Shown: positions 10,447 to 20,532 of the stretch, in pieces
Numbering within the stretch: position 1 is the stretch's first letter
Layout of the letters: each line of letters opens with the position of its first letter
IMG/VR virus record: IMGVR_UViG_3300044723_008170
Location: 1-50,564 of that record
Origin: a virus
Taxonomy: Duplodnaviria > Caudoviricetes
Length of the DNA: 50,564 nt
Strand: one strand, 5' to 3'
Position numbers and translations under genes: made by a program
Notes under the pieces: generated by a model
Told to the model about the DNA's origin: nothing
What the model saw: the letters and a program-made list of their open reading frames with translations, nothing else
The model's database searches: none

Positions 10447-11670
10447 TTATACCTGATGCCCCGACATATTTGTTAGCGAATTTGTTAAATCTGCTATATC
10501 TGTAGAATTAGCATCTGAGCTAAACGGAAACTTTTGAATCTGATTAGTAAATGATGATGGTGTAGATGCACCACCAGCGACATATCCGGATGTAGTAGAA
10601 GAAGAACCCGTACCTTGTCTAACTGTTAACAAATCTCCAACATCAGTTGCATTGGCAGTACTACTAAACGAAAACTTATCAATAACATCTGAATATGTGG
10701 TTGGAGCGGTTCTTCCTCCGGAGCTGTATCCATTTTCTTCTGACGATTGACCAGTAGGACCTGCTCTAGATACAGTGAGATCCATTAGTGTATCACTAGA
10801 ACCTGTATCTGTACTGAATGAAAATTTTTGAATTAAATTAGTTTCGTTACTAATAGGTGGGCCCGCAAATCCTCCGGAAATATATCCATTAGTTGGTGAA
10901 GATTGACTAGCTTGATCATAAACATCTGCATATAAATCACCCACATCTGTAGCATTTTCATCTGCACTAAAAGAAAATTTATCGATGACATCTTGATATC
11001 CTGGATTATATCCTCCAGACGTATATCCATGAGTTTTTGAAGTATTTCCAACCGTTCCACATCGCGCGCGCACTATTGTAGTGTCTCCAACATCAGTGGC
11101 ATTAGCATCAACTGCAAAGGGAAACTTTTGAATTACATTAGATGCTGGACCATTACCTACAGTATATCCATGAGTTTTTGATGAATTGCCGGTAGCAAGA
11201 TATGTTACAGAAATAAGATCTCCTACATCAGTGGCGTTAGCATCGGCTGTAAATGAATACTTTTGAATTACATTTGATACAGCTGGCGCTTGGCCTCCAC
11301 TGGTATATCCAGCAATCGTTCCGGGATATATGGGAGCTACATAAGGATTTGAAAAATTACTGTCTGCAGTAAGTGGAGATGCACTCCAGCTATCACCGTT
11401 ATAATAATAAAATGACCCTGTTAGATTATATGTTACACTATTACTATCTACATAGCTATAAGGAGAAGCAATAAAAGCAATCTGACCAATAAGAGCTGAA
11501 TCACCCGAAGGTAAATCACTTGCACTATTAAATGTGATAACACCATTTTCTGAATTAATAGTATTGACTGCACGATTAATTTGACTTAATTCAAAATTTG
11601 AATAAGTGCTATCTGCATTATTGTTCTTTGCAGTAATTGCATTAAGTATATTTGTAATGTTTATTGCCAT
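10447..11670 (-). CDS. Six-repeat Kelch-like beta-propeller protein, paralog 1
   Basis: Same repeats, long MAINI-type N-terminal module. Confidence 0.75.
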   Translation of the reverse strand: MAINITNILNAITAKNNNADSTYSNFELSQINRAVNTINSENGVITFNSASDLPSGDSALIGQIAFIASPYSYVDSNSVTYNLTGSFYYYNGDSWSASPLTADSNFSNPYVAPIYPGTIAGYTSGGQAPAVSNVIQKYSFTADANATDVGDLISVTYLATGNSSKTHGYTVGNGPASNVIQKFPFAVDANATDVGDTTIVRARCGTVGNTSKTHGYTSGGYNPGYQDVIDKFSFSADENATDVGDLYADVYDQASQSSPTNGYISGGFAGPPISNETNLIQKFSFSTDTGSSDTLMDLTVSRAGPTGQSSEENGYSSGGRTAPTTYSDVIDKFSFSSTANATDVGDLLTVRQGTGSSSTTSGYVAGGASTPSSFTNQIQKFPFSSDANSTDIADLTNSLTNMSGHQV

Positions 11671-11676
11671 CTTCTA

Positions 11677-14600
11677 TCACCATGAAGAATCTGTCCAAGC
11701 AATTCTTCTCCAAGTATTTGTTGCAATACACATATAAAGATGAGCACTGTCAAATGTTAATTCACCCTTTGCGCCAGAGGCAGTGTTTGATGAAGGTTTA
11801 TGTTCTGAAAGCTTAAAGTCAGTCCAAGCCGTTTCACCATTACCAAGACTCTTTAGTAATTGACCAGCGTTACCATCTGCTCCAACAAAGTCCGTGACAT
11901 CAGCAACTTGAAGTTTAGCATCAATGAGAGTATTTATTGTTGCAGAGTCTGCACTACCGCCACCGCCACCAGATGCAGATTGTCTTAGTTGGACATATGC
12001 AGAGTCAATTAGCTGAGTAATCAGAGCAGAGTCTAACCCACCAGACTGTGCAGCAAATGACAGCGTACCGGAACCATTTGTTACAAGAACTTGACTAGCA
12101 GATCCGTCCGAAGTCGGAAGTGTGAACGTATCTACAAAATCTTGTAAGTTTGAATCATATGCAAGTACATCTTTACTTACTACTGGTGTTGCATATGATA
12201 CGTTTCCGGTAAGAGTGATTTCATAAACTCTACCGTTACCAACAGTGTGTAAATATGCACCATCTGGAGTAAACGCTAAACCTTTACCAGTTCCAGATCC
12301 ACTAGATCCTGTGTGAGATGTAACATAAGAAGCTGATGATACATTGAATGGTAGTGTAAGTTTATACTGATATACAATAACACCATTAGAACTATCAGAA
12401 ATAAACATCTGAGTACCTTGATGGTTAAATCTAATACCAGATGCTCCTCCTGTTTGTGAAGAAATATCGAGAGTTCTTGTTTCAGTTGCAGTTGATACAT
12501 CATAAGCCGTTGATAAGGTATATTCATGTACCTTATCAGTTGAGTTCGACGCAATAAACATCTTTCTTCCATCAGGAGAAAGATGAATACCCGCTACACC
12601 GCCACCACCAGTGCTGTTAACATTGATAGTTTTGCTATCGTATGTTGCAGTTGTAAGATCCCATGGAGATGTAAGAGTGTAGCTGTGTACCGCATGATCA
12701 GTTGAACTATAACTACCAAGAATAACTAGTCTTAAACCATCAGGACTAAACCAAAGATCTTCGGTATAATTATTTTCTGATGAAGTATCTATTTGGTTAG
12801 AAGTATCATACGGAGTTGTTACACTAGAAATATCATATGGTGTCGGTACTGTAATTCTTCTAATAAGGTCAGTATCACCATCACATTCAAATAGATAACT
12901 TCCGTCTGTTGACCAGAAAATACCATTGAATGTGCCGGCACCACCAAATCCAAAAATATACGTTCCAGTATTCGTGGCACTGGAAAGATCTGCATACCAG
13001 CCATAGTTTGCTCTATTCGATGCTTCTAAATCGAATGTAGAACTGCTTCCGGAGCTTGATTGTCTTAGTTGGACATATGCTGAGTCTACAATTGATTGAA
13101 CCTGCGCCGAATCTACAAAGTCATTGCCAAGAGTCGGAATACTAATAGCCGCAATCTGACTTGTGACAAAGGCACTATCCGCAAAATCACTTGTATTGTA
13201 AGTTGTCTGATTTGATTGGATATAAGAGGCATTAACGATATTAGTTACTTGACCAGAATCTACAAAGTCATTACCAAGTGTTGGAATACTAATTGCTGCA
13301 ATTTGGCTCGTTACGAATGCTGAATCAGCAAAGTCTGAAGTATTATACGTAGTCTGGTTTGACTGAATATAAGAAGCATTGATAAGAGCTAAAGCAGCCG
13401 CAGAATCAAAGGATGATGACGCTGATTGTCTTGCTTGAATGTAGGCTGAATCAATAAGATTCGTAACACCCGTAGAGTCAAGGGTACCTACCTGCTGAGT
13501 AATATAAGAAATAACCGACAGAGTATCTGCAGAATCAGCAGCTGTATTCAATACAATACTCGATCCGTTTGTAGCAGTATAGTCATTACTATCGATAAGT
13601 AAGATACCATTAAGATACACATTCAACTTGCCGGCAGTATATGTAAGACTAGCTCCATCAATGTCAGCACCGCTAAAGGTTGTTTGACCAGAATCAGCTT
13701 CATAATTAAATGTGGTAATAGTAGTCGCAGCAGCTACAGGAAGAGTTTCGTAACCGACTATAGATAATACGTTTCCACTATCTGCACCGGAAGTAAGACT
13801 TACACTAGTGCCATTTGTCGCTGTATAGTCATCGCTATCTTTCAGAAGAATACCATTAAGGAATACTTGAATTTTACCCGACGTATAATTAAGACCTGTG
13901 AATGTGGTTTGACCAGAATCAGCAGTAAATTCAGAAAGCCGAACTTTATCTGTGAATAAAGATGAACTGTCATTAACACCATCTCTCAATTGAACATAAG
14001 CACTGTCGACAGTAGATTGGATTAATGAAATGACAGTAGCTGAATCTGTACCACCAGCAGCAGCTGCAGCTTGTCTCAGTTGAACATAAGCTGAATCAAC
14101 AATAGCTGTTACTTGAGCTGAATCAACAAAGTCATTCCCTAACGTAGGAATACTAATAGCCGCAATCTGCGAAGTAACAAAGGCTGAATCAGCAAAGTCT
14201 GAAGTGTTATAAGTTGTTTGATTTGATTGAATGTATGATGCATTAATAACACCTTGAACTGTAGTGCTGTCAAGGTAATTTGTATCATTTGTGAAAGTGC
14301 TAACTGGTAAAGCTGTTACGTAAGATTGAGTTGCTAATCCAGCTGCAGTTACATCAGAATCAAATCCAAGATATTCACCGGTCAGCGTTGATGCTGCAAA
14401 TGGTGCTAATGCAAAAGAAGCATGCCCAGTGTTAATTTCTGCAGCTGCATCTGGTTCTGGTGTATAATTACCAAATACCTTAAATGTATCATCAGTAGCA
14501 TCACGGAACATACCAACATGAGTATAAGATCCATTATCATTTACATTTGCTGCCCAACCAACATCAATTGAAGCTGTCGGAGAACCAGCAGATTCACCAG

Positions 14601-16650
14601 CATTCATATAGATCATATGATCAGTAACATTTAAATCTTCTGAATTAACTGTCGTTGTCGTACCCGTGACTTGTAAATTGCCACCGACAATCACATTGCC
14701 AGTTGTTTGCAGTGAAGCAAAGACAGCACTATCAGTTGTGCCGACTGCTTGTCCAATACTAATTTCACCAGTTGAACTATTATATGTTACGCCAGTTCCA
14801 CCAGATAGAAGGCCACGAGCAGCAGATGAATCTACAAAATCATTTCCAAGTGTTGGAATAGTATAAGTGATCTGTCTTGCTTGAACATATGCAGAATCTA
14901 CGTCCGCAGCTACAATAGCACTGACTGTAGCAGAATCAGTTGCACTTACTCTAGCGTTAATATAGGCGGCATCAATTAAGTTTGTTACACCAGTAGAATC
15001 AAGAGTTCCTACAGCCTGTGTGATATAAGAAATAACTGTGACAGTATCTGCTGAATCGGCAGCAGTGTTGAGAACAACGCTTGTTCCATTAGTTGCTGTA
15101 TAATCATTGCTATCGATAAGTAAGATACCATTTAAATAAACATTAAGTTTACCAGAAGTATAACTTAATGTAGAACCATCAATGTCAGTGCCGCTGAATG
15201 TAGTCTGCCCTGAATCAGCTTCGTAATTAAACGTAGTGATAGTAGTCGCACCACCAGATACTGTAGATTGTCTTAATTGTACATATGCTGAGTCTACAAT
15301 CAACTGAACTTGTGCAGAATCCACAAAGTCATTGCCAAGCGTTGGAATGGAGATGGCGGCGATTTGACTAGTAACAAAAGCACTATCAGCAAAGTCTGAA
15401 GTGTTATAGGTCGTTTGATTTGATTGAATATACGATGCATCAACGATATTTGTAACTTGACCAGAATCTACAAAGTCATTACCAAGAGTTGGAATAGTGT
15501 ATGTGATTTGTCTTGCTTGGACATAAGCAGAATCTACATCTTCAGCTATGATAGCGCTAACTGTAGCAGAATCAGTAGCACTTACTCTAGCATTGATATA
15601 GGCAGCATCGATAAGATTAGTAACACCAGTAGAATCAAGAGTTCCTACAGCCTGTGTGATATATGATATAACAGTAAGAGTATCTGCAGAATCGGCAGCG
15701 GTATTCAATACAACGCTAGTTCCATTCGTTGCAGTATAATCATTGCTATCAACAAGAAGAATACCATTCAAGTAAACATTAAGTTTACCTGATGTGTATG
15801 TCAAGCTTGATCCATCAATATCTGCCCCACTAAATGTAGTCTGGCCAGAATCAGCTTCATAATTAAATGTGGTGATAGTTGTGGCACCTGAAGAAACAGT
15901 CGACTGTCTTGCTTGAATATAGGCGCTGTCAACATCAGCAGCAATAATAGAACTGACCGTAGCTGAATCTGTCCCACCAGCAATTTGCCTTAGTTGTACA
16001 TACGCCGAATCTACAATCGATTGAACTTGCGCTGAATCGACAAAGTCGTTTCCTAATGTAGGAATAGAGATAGCGTTGATTTGTGAAGTAACAAATGCTG
16101 AATCTGCAAAGTCACTTGTATTATAAGTGATTTGATTCGATTGAATATAAGAAGCATTAATAAGATTCAATGCATCAGCAGAATCTAAATCTGATTTTGC
16201 ATTGATTAGATTTACAAGAGTAGTATAGGCCGAATCATCATCATTAAGAGCTGCTGCAATTTCATTCAGAGTATCTAATGTGCCGGGGGCACCATCGATT
16301 AAGTTGTTAATCTGTGCAGTGACAAAGGCACTATCAGCAAAATCTGAAGTGTTATATGTAATTTGATTTGCTTGAATATAAGCAGCATTAATAAGATTAA
16401 GAGTTGAGGCTGAGTCTAAATTAGCATCTGTACGAGCATTAATATATGCAGAATCAACTGTAGCAGTGATAATAGAACTCACAGTAGCAGAATCAGTACC
16501 ACCTGTTCCACCAGTTGCTAAAATACCACCAGCCGTTGATCCGTCACCAACATAAAGTTTTTCAGTATCAGTCGTCCAAATAGGTTCACCGGCTGAAGGA
16601 GTGATAGTGAGTCTATCGGAGTCAGTACCTCTTCTAAATTGTAATGTCAT
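11677..16650 (-). CDS. Long repetitive tail fibre-like protein (1657 aa) with DS-rich repeats and an internal beta-propeller-like domain
   Basis: N-terminal LQFRRGT...GEP...TDT.KLYVGDG (Mtd-N-like). Six YNTSDFADSAFVT repeats, four ADSGQTTF...LNGILL.DS.DYTATNG domains and five [FW]S.DG-type blades (~12210-13010). C-terminal G.KGE..FD..LYMCIATNTWRR. RBS AGAGGA. Confidence 0.8.
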   Translation of the reverse strand: MTLQFRRGTDSDRLTITPSAGEPIWTTDTEKLYVGDGSTAGGILATGGTGGTDSATVSSIITATVDSAYINARTDANLDSASTLNLINAAYIQANQITYNTSDFADSAFVTAQINNLIDGAPGTLDTLNEIAAALNDDDSAYTTLVNLINAKSDLDSADALNLINASYIQSNQITYNTSDFADSAFVTSQINAISIPTLGNDFVDSAQVQSIVDSAYVQLRQIAGGTDSATVSSIIAADVDSAYIQARQSTVSSGATTITTFNYEADSGQTTFSGADIDGSSLTYTSGKLNVYLNGILLVDSNDYTATNGTSVVLNTAADSADTLTVISYITQAVGTLDSTGVTNLIDAAYINARVSATDSATVSAIIAEDVDSAYVQARQITYTIPTLGNDFVDSGQVTNIVDASYIQSNQTTYNTSDFADSAFVTSQIAAISIPTLGNDFVDSAQVQLIVDSAYVQLRQSTVSGGATTITTFNYEADSGQTTFSGTDIDGSTLSYTSGKLNVYLNGILLIDSNDYTATNGTSVVLNTAADSADTVTVISYITQAVGTLDSTGVTNLIDAAYINARVSATDSATVSAIVAADVDSAYVQARQITYTIPTLGNDFVDSSAARGLLSGGTGVTYNSSTGEISIGQAVGTTDSAVFASLQTTGNVIVGGNLQVTGTTTTVNSEDLNVTDHMIYMNAGESAGSPTASIDVGWAANVNDNGSYTHVGMFRDATDDTFKVFGNYTPEPDAAAEINTGHASFALAPFAASTLTGEYLGFDSDVTAAGLATQSYVTALPVSTFTNDTNYLDSTTVQGVINASYIQSNQTTYNTSDFADSAFVTSQIAAISIPTLGNDFVDSAQVTAIVDSAYVQLRQAAAAAGGTDSATVISLIQSTVDSAYVQLRDGVNDSSSLFTDKVRLSEFTADSGQTTFTGLNYTSGKIQVFLNGILLKDSDDYTATNGTSVSLTSGADSGNVLSIVGYETLPVAAATTITTFNYEADSGQTTFSGADIDGASLTYTAGKLNVYLNGILLIDSNDYTATNGSSIVLNTAADSADTLSVISYITQQVGTLDSTGVTNLIDSAYIQARQSASSSFDSAAALALINASYIQSNQTTYNTSDFADSAFVTSQIAAISIPTLGNDFVDSGQVTNIVNASYIQSNQTTYNTSDFADSAFVTSQIAAISIPTLGNDFVDSAQVQSIVDSAYVQLRQSSSGSSSTFDLEASNRANYGWYADLSSATNTGTYIFGFGGAGTFNGIFWSTDGSYLFECDGDTDLIRRITVPTPYDISSVTTPYDTSNQIDTSSENNYTEDLWFSPDGLRLVILGSYSSTDHAVHSYTLTSPWDLTTATYDSKTINVNSTGGGGVAGIHLSPDGRKMFIASNSTDKVHEYTLSTAYDVSTATETRTLDISSQTGGASGIRFNHQGTQMFISDSSNGVIVYQYKLTLPFNVSSASYVTSHTGSSGSGTGKGLAFTPDGAYLHTVGNGRVYEITLTGNVSYATPVVSKDVLAYDSNLQDFVDTFTLPTSDGSASQVLVTNGSGTLSFAAQSGGLDSALITQLIDSAYVQLRQSASGGGGGSADSATINTLIDAKLQVADVTDFVGADGNAGQLLKSLGNGETAWTDFKLSEHKPSSNTASGAKGELTFDSAHLYMCIATNTWRRIAWTDSSW

Positions 16651-16671
16651 ATTATCCTCTAACCTTTAACC

Positions 16672-16679
16672 TATTTATA
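16672..16679 (-). promoter_or_regulatory. T4-type late promoter TATAAATA
   Basis: Exact consensus overlapping the upstream stop codon, ~20 nt before the fibre ATG. Confidence 0.8.
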
Positions 16680-17364
16680 TCGCACCCATGTCAAGGGTGA
16701 ATTGAACTGGAGCTGCAATTGTTCCGAAATCATATACTGTACTTGGCGTTGCAGAAATAGTAATTCTCTTTTGAGATACATTTGTAGAAATATCAACACC
16801 AGTTCCGCCTTCAAACGTAACCGTATCTCCACCGGTAGTAGCATCAATTGATAAATCACCTACAACTGCGACTGTACCAAAGTTCTCAGCAAAATCTCCG
16901 ACTCGCAGTGCTACATATGCAGAATCGACAAGAGTTGCAATATAATCTTCTTTAATAAGACTTTCTACAAATGCGCTATCTACAATAGAAGCAACAGAAG
17001 CTGAGTCAGTAGGACTCGTGGTTTGTGAAGCAATGCTAGCAACAAATGCAGAGTCTCTAAAATCAGCTGCAGTTGGAGTGTTTGTGAAATTATTATAATT
17101 TAAGAAATACGTGCCGTCCTGGCCATCTAATGTGCCAGCATTAACGTCTAAGGAATTGATATAAGCTTGATCAATGATGTTGAATACTGCATTCGAATCA
17201 ACACCAATAGCATTACTGCTAATTTTTTGAATTGCGTTACTCGAATTCTTATAATACAAAACGCCATCAGCATAGTTGATGGCTAATTCTCCGTATTCGA
17301 GATCGCTTAATGAGGGTATTCGTCCAGCTATACTGGACTTTTTGAGTTTAATACTCGTTGCCAT
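16675..17364 (-). CDS. Short fibre/adaptor virion protein
   Basis: N-terminal IKLKKSS..G.IP...L.YGELAINYADG.LYYK, typical of phage fibre N-termini. DS repeats. Ends with DFGTI...DMGAI. Confidence 0.7.
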   Translation of the reverse strand: MATSIKLKKSSIAGRIPSLSDLEYGELAINYADGVLYYKNSSNAIQKISSNAIGVDSNAVFNIIDQAYINSLDVNAGTLDGQDGTYFLNYNNFTNTPTAADFRDSAFVASIASQTTSPTDSASVASIVDSAFVESLIKEDYIATLVDSAYVALRVGDFAENFGTVAVVGDLSIDATTGGDTVTFEGGTGVDISTNVSQKRITISATPSTVYDFGTIAAPVQFTLDMGAI

Positions 17365-17393
17365 GTCAATTCCTTAAAAAAGGTTTTATTTTG

Positions 17394-17421
17394 AGTCGGA
17401 GGATTAGAAAACCCTCCGACT
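17394..17421 (-). other. Intergenic RNA hairpin (12-bp stem including one G:U, UUCU loop)
   Basis: Minus-strand AGTCGGAGGGTT-TTCT-AATCCTCCGACT. No U-tract follows it. It lies just downstream of an AATAAATA (17428-17435). Confidence 0.7.
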
Positions 17422-17433
17422 ATAATTTATTTA

Positions 17434-20400
17434 TTAATATGTTCCACCGTCAACTGTTGTCAAAGCAACATCGCCCGAAGTAATTGTGAACTGTCTAATT
17501 GATAATGGATCACTTGCAGAATCTGCAAATGCTCCGAATGATGCAACACCTTTCGATGTTGTTGTAGCATTTCTACCAGTTACAATCAAGTTTCCACTGG
17601 CAATATTTGTTTGAATACCCTGGCTAAAGTCACCGAAGATATTAAATGATTCGCCGACAGTAGCAGCAATGCCTGTGCTTTGTCCGTTCAGATCATCACC
17701 ACTAAAGAGAGTAATATCACTAGCAGAAATTACACCTGAGGCTGCCGAGAAGTGAGTAGCATCAAATGCAGCGACACCCTTTGTGCTTCCATCCGCAGCA
17801 GCATTAGCAGCTGTGATTGTGACTGTTGAACCGGCACCAGAAGTTGTAATTCCTTGTGCAGATGTACCAGCAATTGTAAACGCATGACCGGAAGGTGTAG
17901 CAGCCGATCCATCAGTAGAAACTGACTTAGTAACTGTGTCTTTCAGTTCAACCGCGCCACTCGTTACGTTAAAGTCTGCGGTAGCAAACGATGCGACACC
18001 TTTGTTTGTCGTAGTAGCATCTTCAGCAGCGACAGTGATAATTCCTGCACCAGGCGTAATATCAATACCTTCACCAGCTGTGAGAATATCGCCCATATCC
18101 GAATCTACACGAGCAGTCGTGTAATAAAGATTGGTTGAACCTTCGGTCAGATCATCTGTAGTTTTAGTTGCAAAGTCTGAGTCAAATCCTTGGCTATTAC
18201 CGATAATCTTATCAGCATACAGAGTACGTACTTGAACATCTCTAAGACCAAACGTTGCATGATCAACATCAATATCAAGATCAGAATCAGGTTCCGGGCC
18301 ATAACCACCATAGAACTTAAATCTTCCATCAGTGGCATCACGGAATAGACCACCGTGAGCATATCCACCCGAAGAATCATTGTAGTTAAATGCAAATCCA
18401 AGATCAACTGCAATAACTGGTGATCCATCAGACTCAAGCTGATTCAGATAGATCATATTATCTTCAACAGCTAATGTCTGAGTATTAATGGTTGTTTGTG
18501 TACCATTAACCTGTAAGTTACCATCGATGATAGTATTTCCAGTAACTTTCAATCCAGAGAAGGTTACTGAATCGGAAGTGCCGACTGGTTGGCCAATTGC
18601 AATTACACCGGTTCCAGAAGTGTATGTTACACCAGTACCACCCGAGAAATGCGCTCTTGTTTCAGCAGCAGATGGGCCGGTATAAGTAAAGACACCTGTT
18701 CCAGCATCATAGCTAAAGGAACCATCACCACCTGCATCGGTAGCAGATACGGCATTCTTTGCATCGCTATCTGCTCTAGCATCTGTGTAATAAAGATTTG
18801 TAGTGCCTTCACTGATGTCATCGGTATCAATTGTGCCAGATCCACCAAGTGAAATAGCAGTACCGTTAATCGTAATACTCGAATTGGCAAGTTCAGAGTT
18901 ACTAATTTCACCAGTAGCAAGAGTGACTGACTTACCAGAAAGATCAAGAGTGCCAGCAAGTTCGTCAGCGTTTACTCCACCATTCTTGATAGTTACTTCA
19001 CCGGAAGATACTGCAAAGTTATCTGAGCTAAATTGTGCGACACCTTTCGAAGAAGTTGTAGCATCAACACCAGAAATTGTAGCAGAATCATTTCCATTAA
19101 CTACAAAGTCAATTCCATCAGCAGTTGAAATTTTAAGAGTTGCACCAAGAGAAATATCATCAGTTATAGTGCCATCACTTACTGTGATTGTACTGTTAAC
19201 TAGTTTCGCGTTTGTAATTGAACCGGCCAGTTGAGTGTTCGAAACACCACCAGTTGCAATTGAAACAGCGCCGGAAGAAACACTAAAGTCTGCAGAAGCA
19301 AATGATGCAACACCCTTTGCAGTAGTCGTAGCATTTGCTGCAGTGACTGTTATAGTCGTGCCAGTTGCACTAGTGCTAATTCCTTGAGCCGAAGTACCCG
19401 CAATAGTAAAGCTTTCACCAAGAGTTGCAGCTGCAGATCCAGCATCACCACTTAGTGTAATATCTTCTGATGAAATTACTCCAGAAGAAGCGCTAAAGTT
19501 TGTTGAATTAAAGGCAGCAATACCTTTTGTTGATCCATCAGCCGCAGCATTTGTTCCAGCAATTGTGACAACGTTATCTGTTACAGTGGTTGCAATACCA
19601 GTACCACCGGTAAAGGTGATATCAGAATCAAGAAGATTGACTGTATCAGTGCCGGTATCTGCAGCGATTGACAGGTCAGTAGAAATATTTGTTTGACTGG
19701 CAGCAGTTAAACGACCTTGTGCATCAACAGTGAATGTTGGAACAGAAGATGCAGATCCGTACGTACCCGGAGTTACTGCTGTATTGTCAAGAGTAAATGT
19801 TACCTCATTATTGGAAACTGCTGATGTAAGTCCAGTGCCACCAGAAAATGTAAGAGTCTCACCAAGTGCAACAGCGTCTGTTGATGCGCCATCGCCAGTA
19901 ATAGTGATACTAGAATTAGTAAGACTGCTATTTGGAATTCCGGATCCAGCAACACCGATAGTTACTTGGTTGTCTGTGATGGTTGTTGCAAGACCATCTG
20001 CACCGTCGAAGGTTAGAGAAGAGTCAGCAATATTAACTGTATCACTACCGGTGTCACCGGTGATAGTGATAATACTTGCGCCAGAGACTTCATCGACATA
20101 TTCTTTAGTAGCAAGTGAGTTTGTACCAAATCCTGCACGATCTTTGTAACCAGATGGAGCGTTAATGGCACCCGTTCCATTTGGTGAAAGAATAAGATTT
20201 CCATTTGTGTCAGTGGTGGAGACTGTATTACCATCGATAGTAACATTATCAACATTCAAGACATCAATCTTGCTGGAGGCATCGACAATGATTGCGCTTG
20301 AAGCTGTAAGTGTACCTGGAGTGTGGTCTAATTTATCGGTAAAATATACACCACCGATAACTTCGATTTCGTTAGCATTGCCGGAGCCATCCACTCCGCC

Positions 20401-20532
20401 AGTACCCATATATAATCGATCACCGCCATTTCCTTCTGTACCCGCAAGATACGAGTACGCCATTTCCCCCAGTTTTAGGGTACTGGGAGCGCCCGCGGTA
20501 CCGGATCGTTTAATCTTAATAATTGATGCCAT
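17434..20532 (-). CDS. Tail fibre-like structural protein (1032 aa)
   Basis: N-terminal IKIKRSG...L.LGE.AY. Repeated AT...KGVA.F...F..SSG.V and G.T.T..GGTG..T units. G/T/S/A-rich. Ends DGGTY. Confidence 0.8.
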   Translation of the reverse strand: MASIIKIKRSGTAGAPSTLKLGEMAYSYLAGTEGNGGDRLYMGTGGVDGSGNANEIEVIGGVYFTDKLDHTPGTLTASSAIIVDASSKIDVLNVDNVTIDGNTVSTTDTNGNLILSPNGTGAINAPSGYKDRAGFGTNSLATKEYVDEVSGASIITITGDTGSDTVNIADSSLTFDGADGLATTITDNQVTIGVAGSGIPNSSLTNSSITITGDGASTDAVALGETLTFSGGTGLTSAVSNNEVTFTLDNTAVTPGTYGSASSVPTFTVDAQGRLTAASQTNISTDLSIAADTGTDTVNLLDSDITFTGGTGIATTVTDNVVTIAGTNAAADGSTKGIAAFNSTNFSASSGVISSEDITLSGDAGSAAATLGESFTIAGTSAQGISTSATGTTITVTAANATTTAKGVASFASADFSVSSGAVSIATGGVSNTQLAGSITNAKLVNSTITVSDGTITDDISLGATLKISTADGIDFVVNGNDSATISGVDATTSSKGVAQFSSDNFAVSSGEVTIKNGGVNADELAGTLDLSGKSVTLATGEISNSELANSSITINGTAISLGGSGTIDTDDISEGTTNLYYTDARADSDAKNAVSATDAGGDGSFSYDAGTGVFTYTGPSAAETRAHFSGGTGVTYTSGTGVIAIGQPVGTSDSVTFSGLKVTGNTIIDGNLQVNGTQTTINTQTLAVEDNMIYLNQLESDGSPVIAVDLGFAFNYNDSSGGYAHGGLFRDATDGRFKFYGGYGPEPDSDLDIDVDHATFGLRDVQVRTLYADKIIGNSQGFDSDFATKTTDDLTEGSTNLYYTTARVDSDMGDILTAGEGIDITPGAGIITVAAEDATTTNKGVASFATADFNVTSGAVELKDTVTKSVSTDGSAATPSGHAFTIAGTSAQGITTSGAGSTVTITAANAAADGSTKGVAAFDATHFSAASGVISASDITLFSGDDLNGQSTGIAATVGESFNIFGDFSQGIQTNIASGNLIVTGRNATTTSKGVASFGAFADSASDPLSIRQFTITSGDVALTTVDGGTY

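Noticed and set aside
2147-11670. CRISPR-like or DGR-like periodic repeats (~140-150 nt period)
   Set aside because: The repeats are in-frame protein repeats that vary at wobble positions. There are no cas genes, no reverse transcriptase and no evident adenine-specific template/variable pair.
11677-16650. Assigning a Bacteroidota host from the DS(A) motif
   Set aside because: That system acts on exported proteins and also uses DT. Here DT does not look enriched and virions assemble in the cytoplasm, so the motif does not identify the host.
17394-17421. Intrinsic terminator for the 1032 aa gene
   Set aside because: No U-tract follows the stem on the coding (minus) strand.
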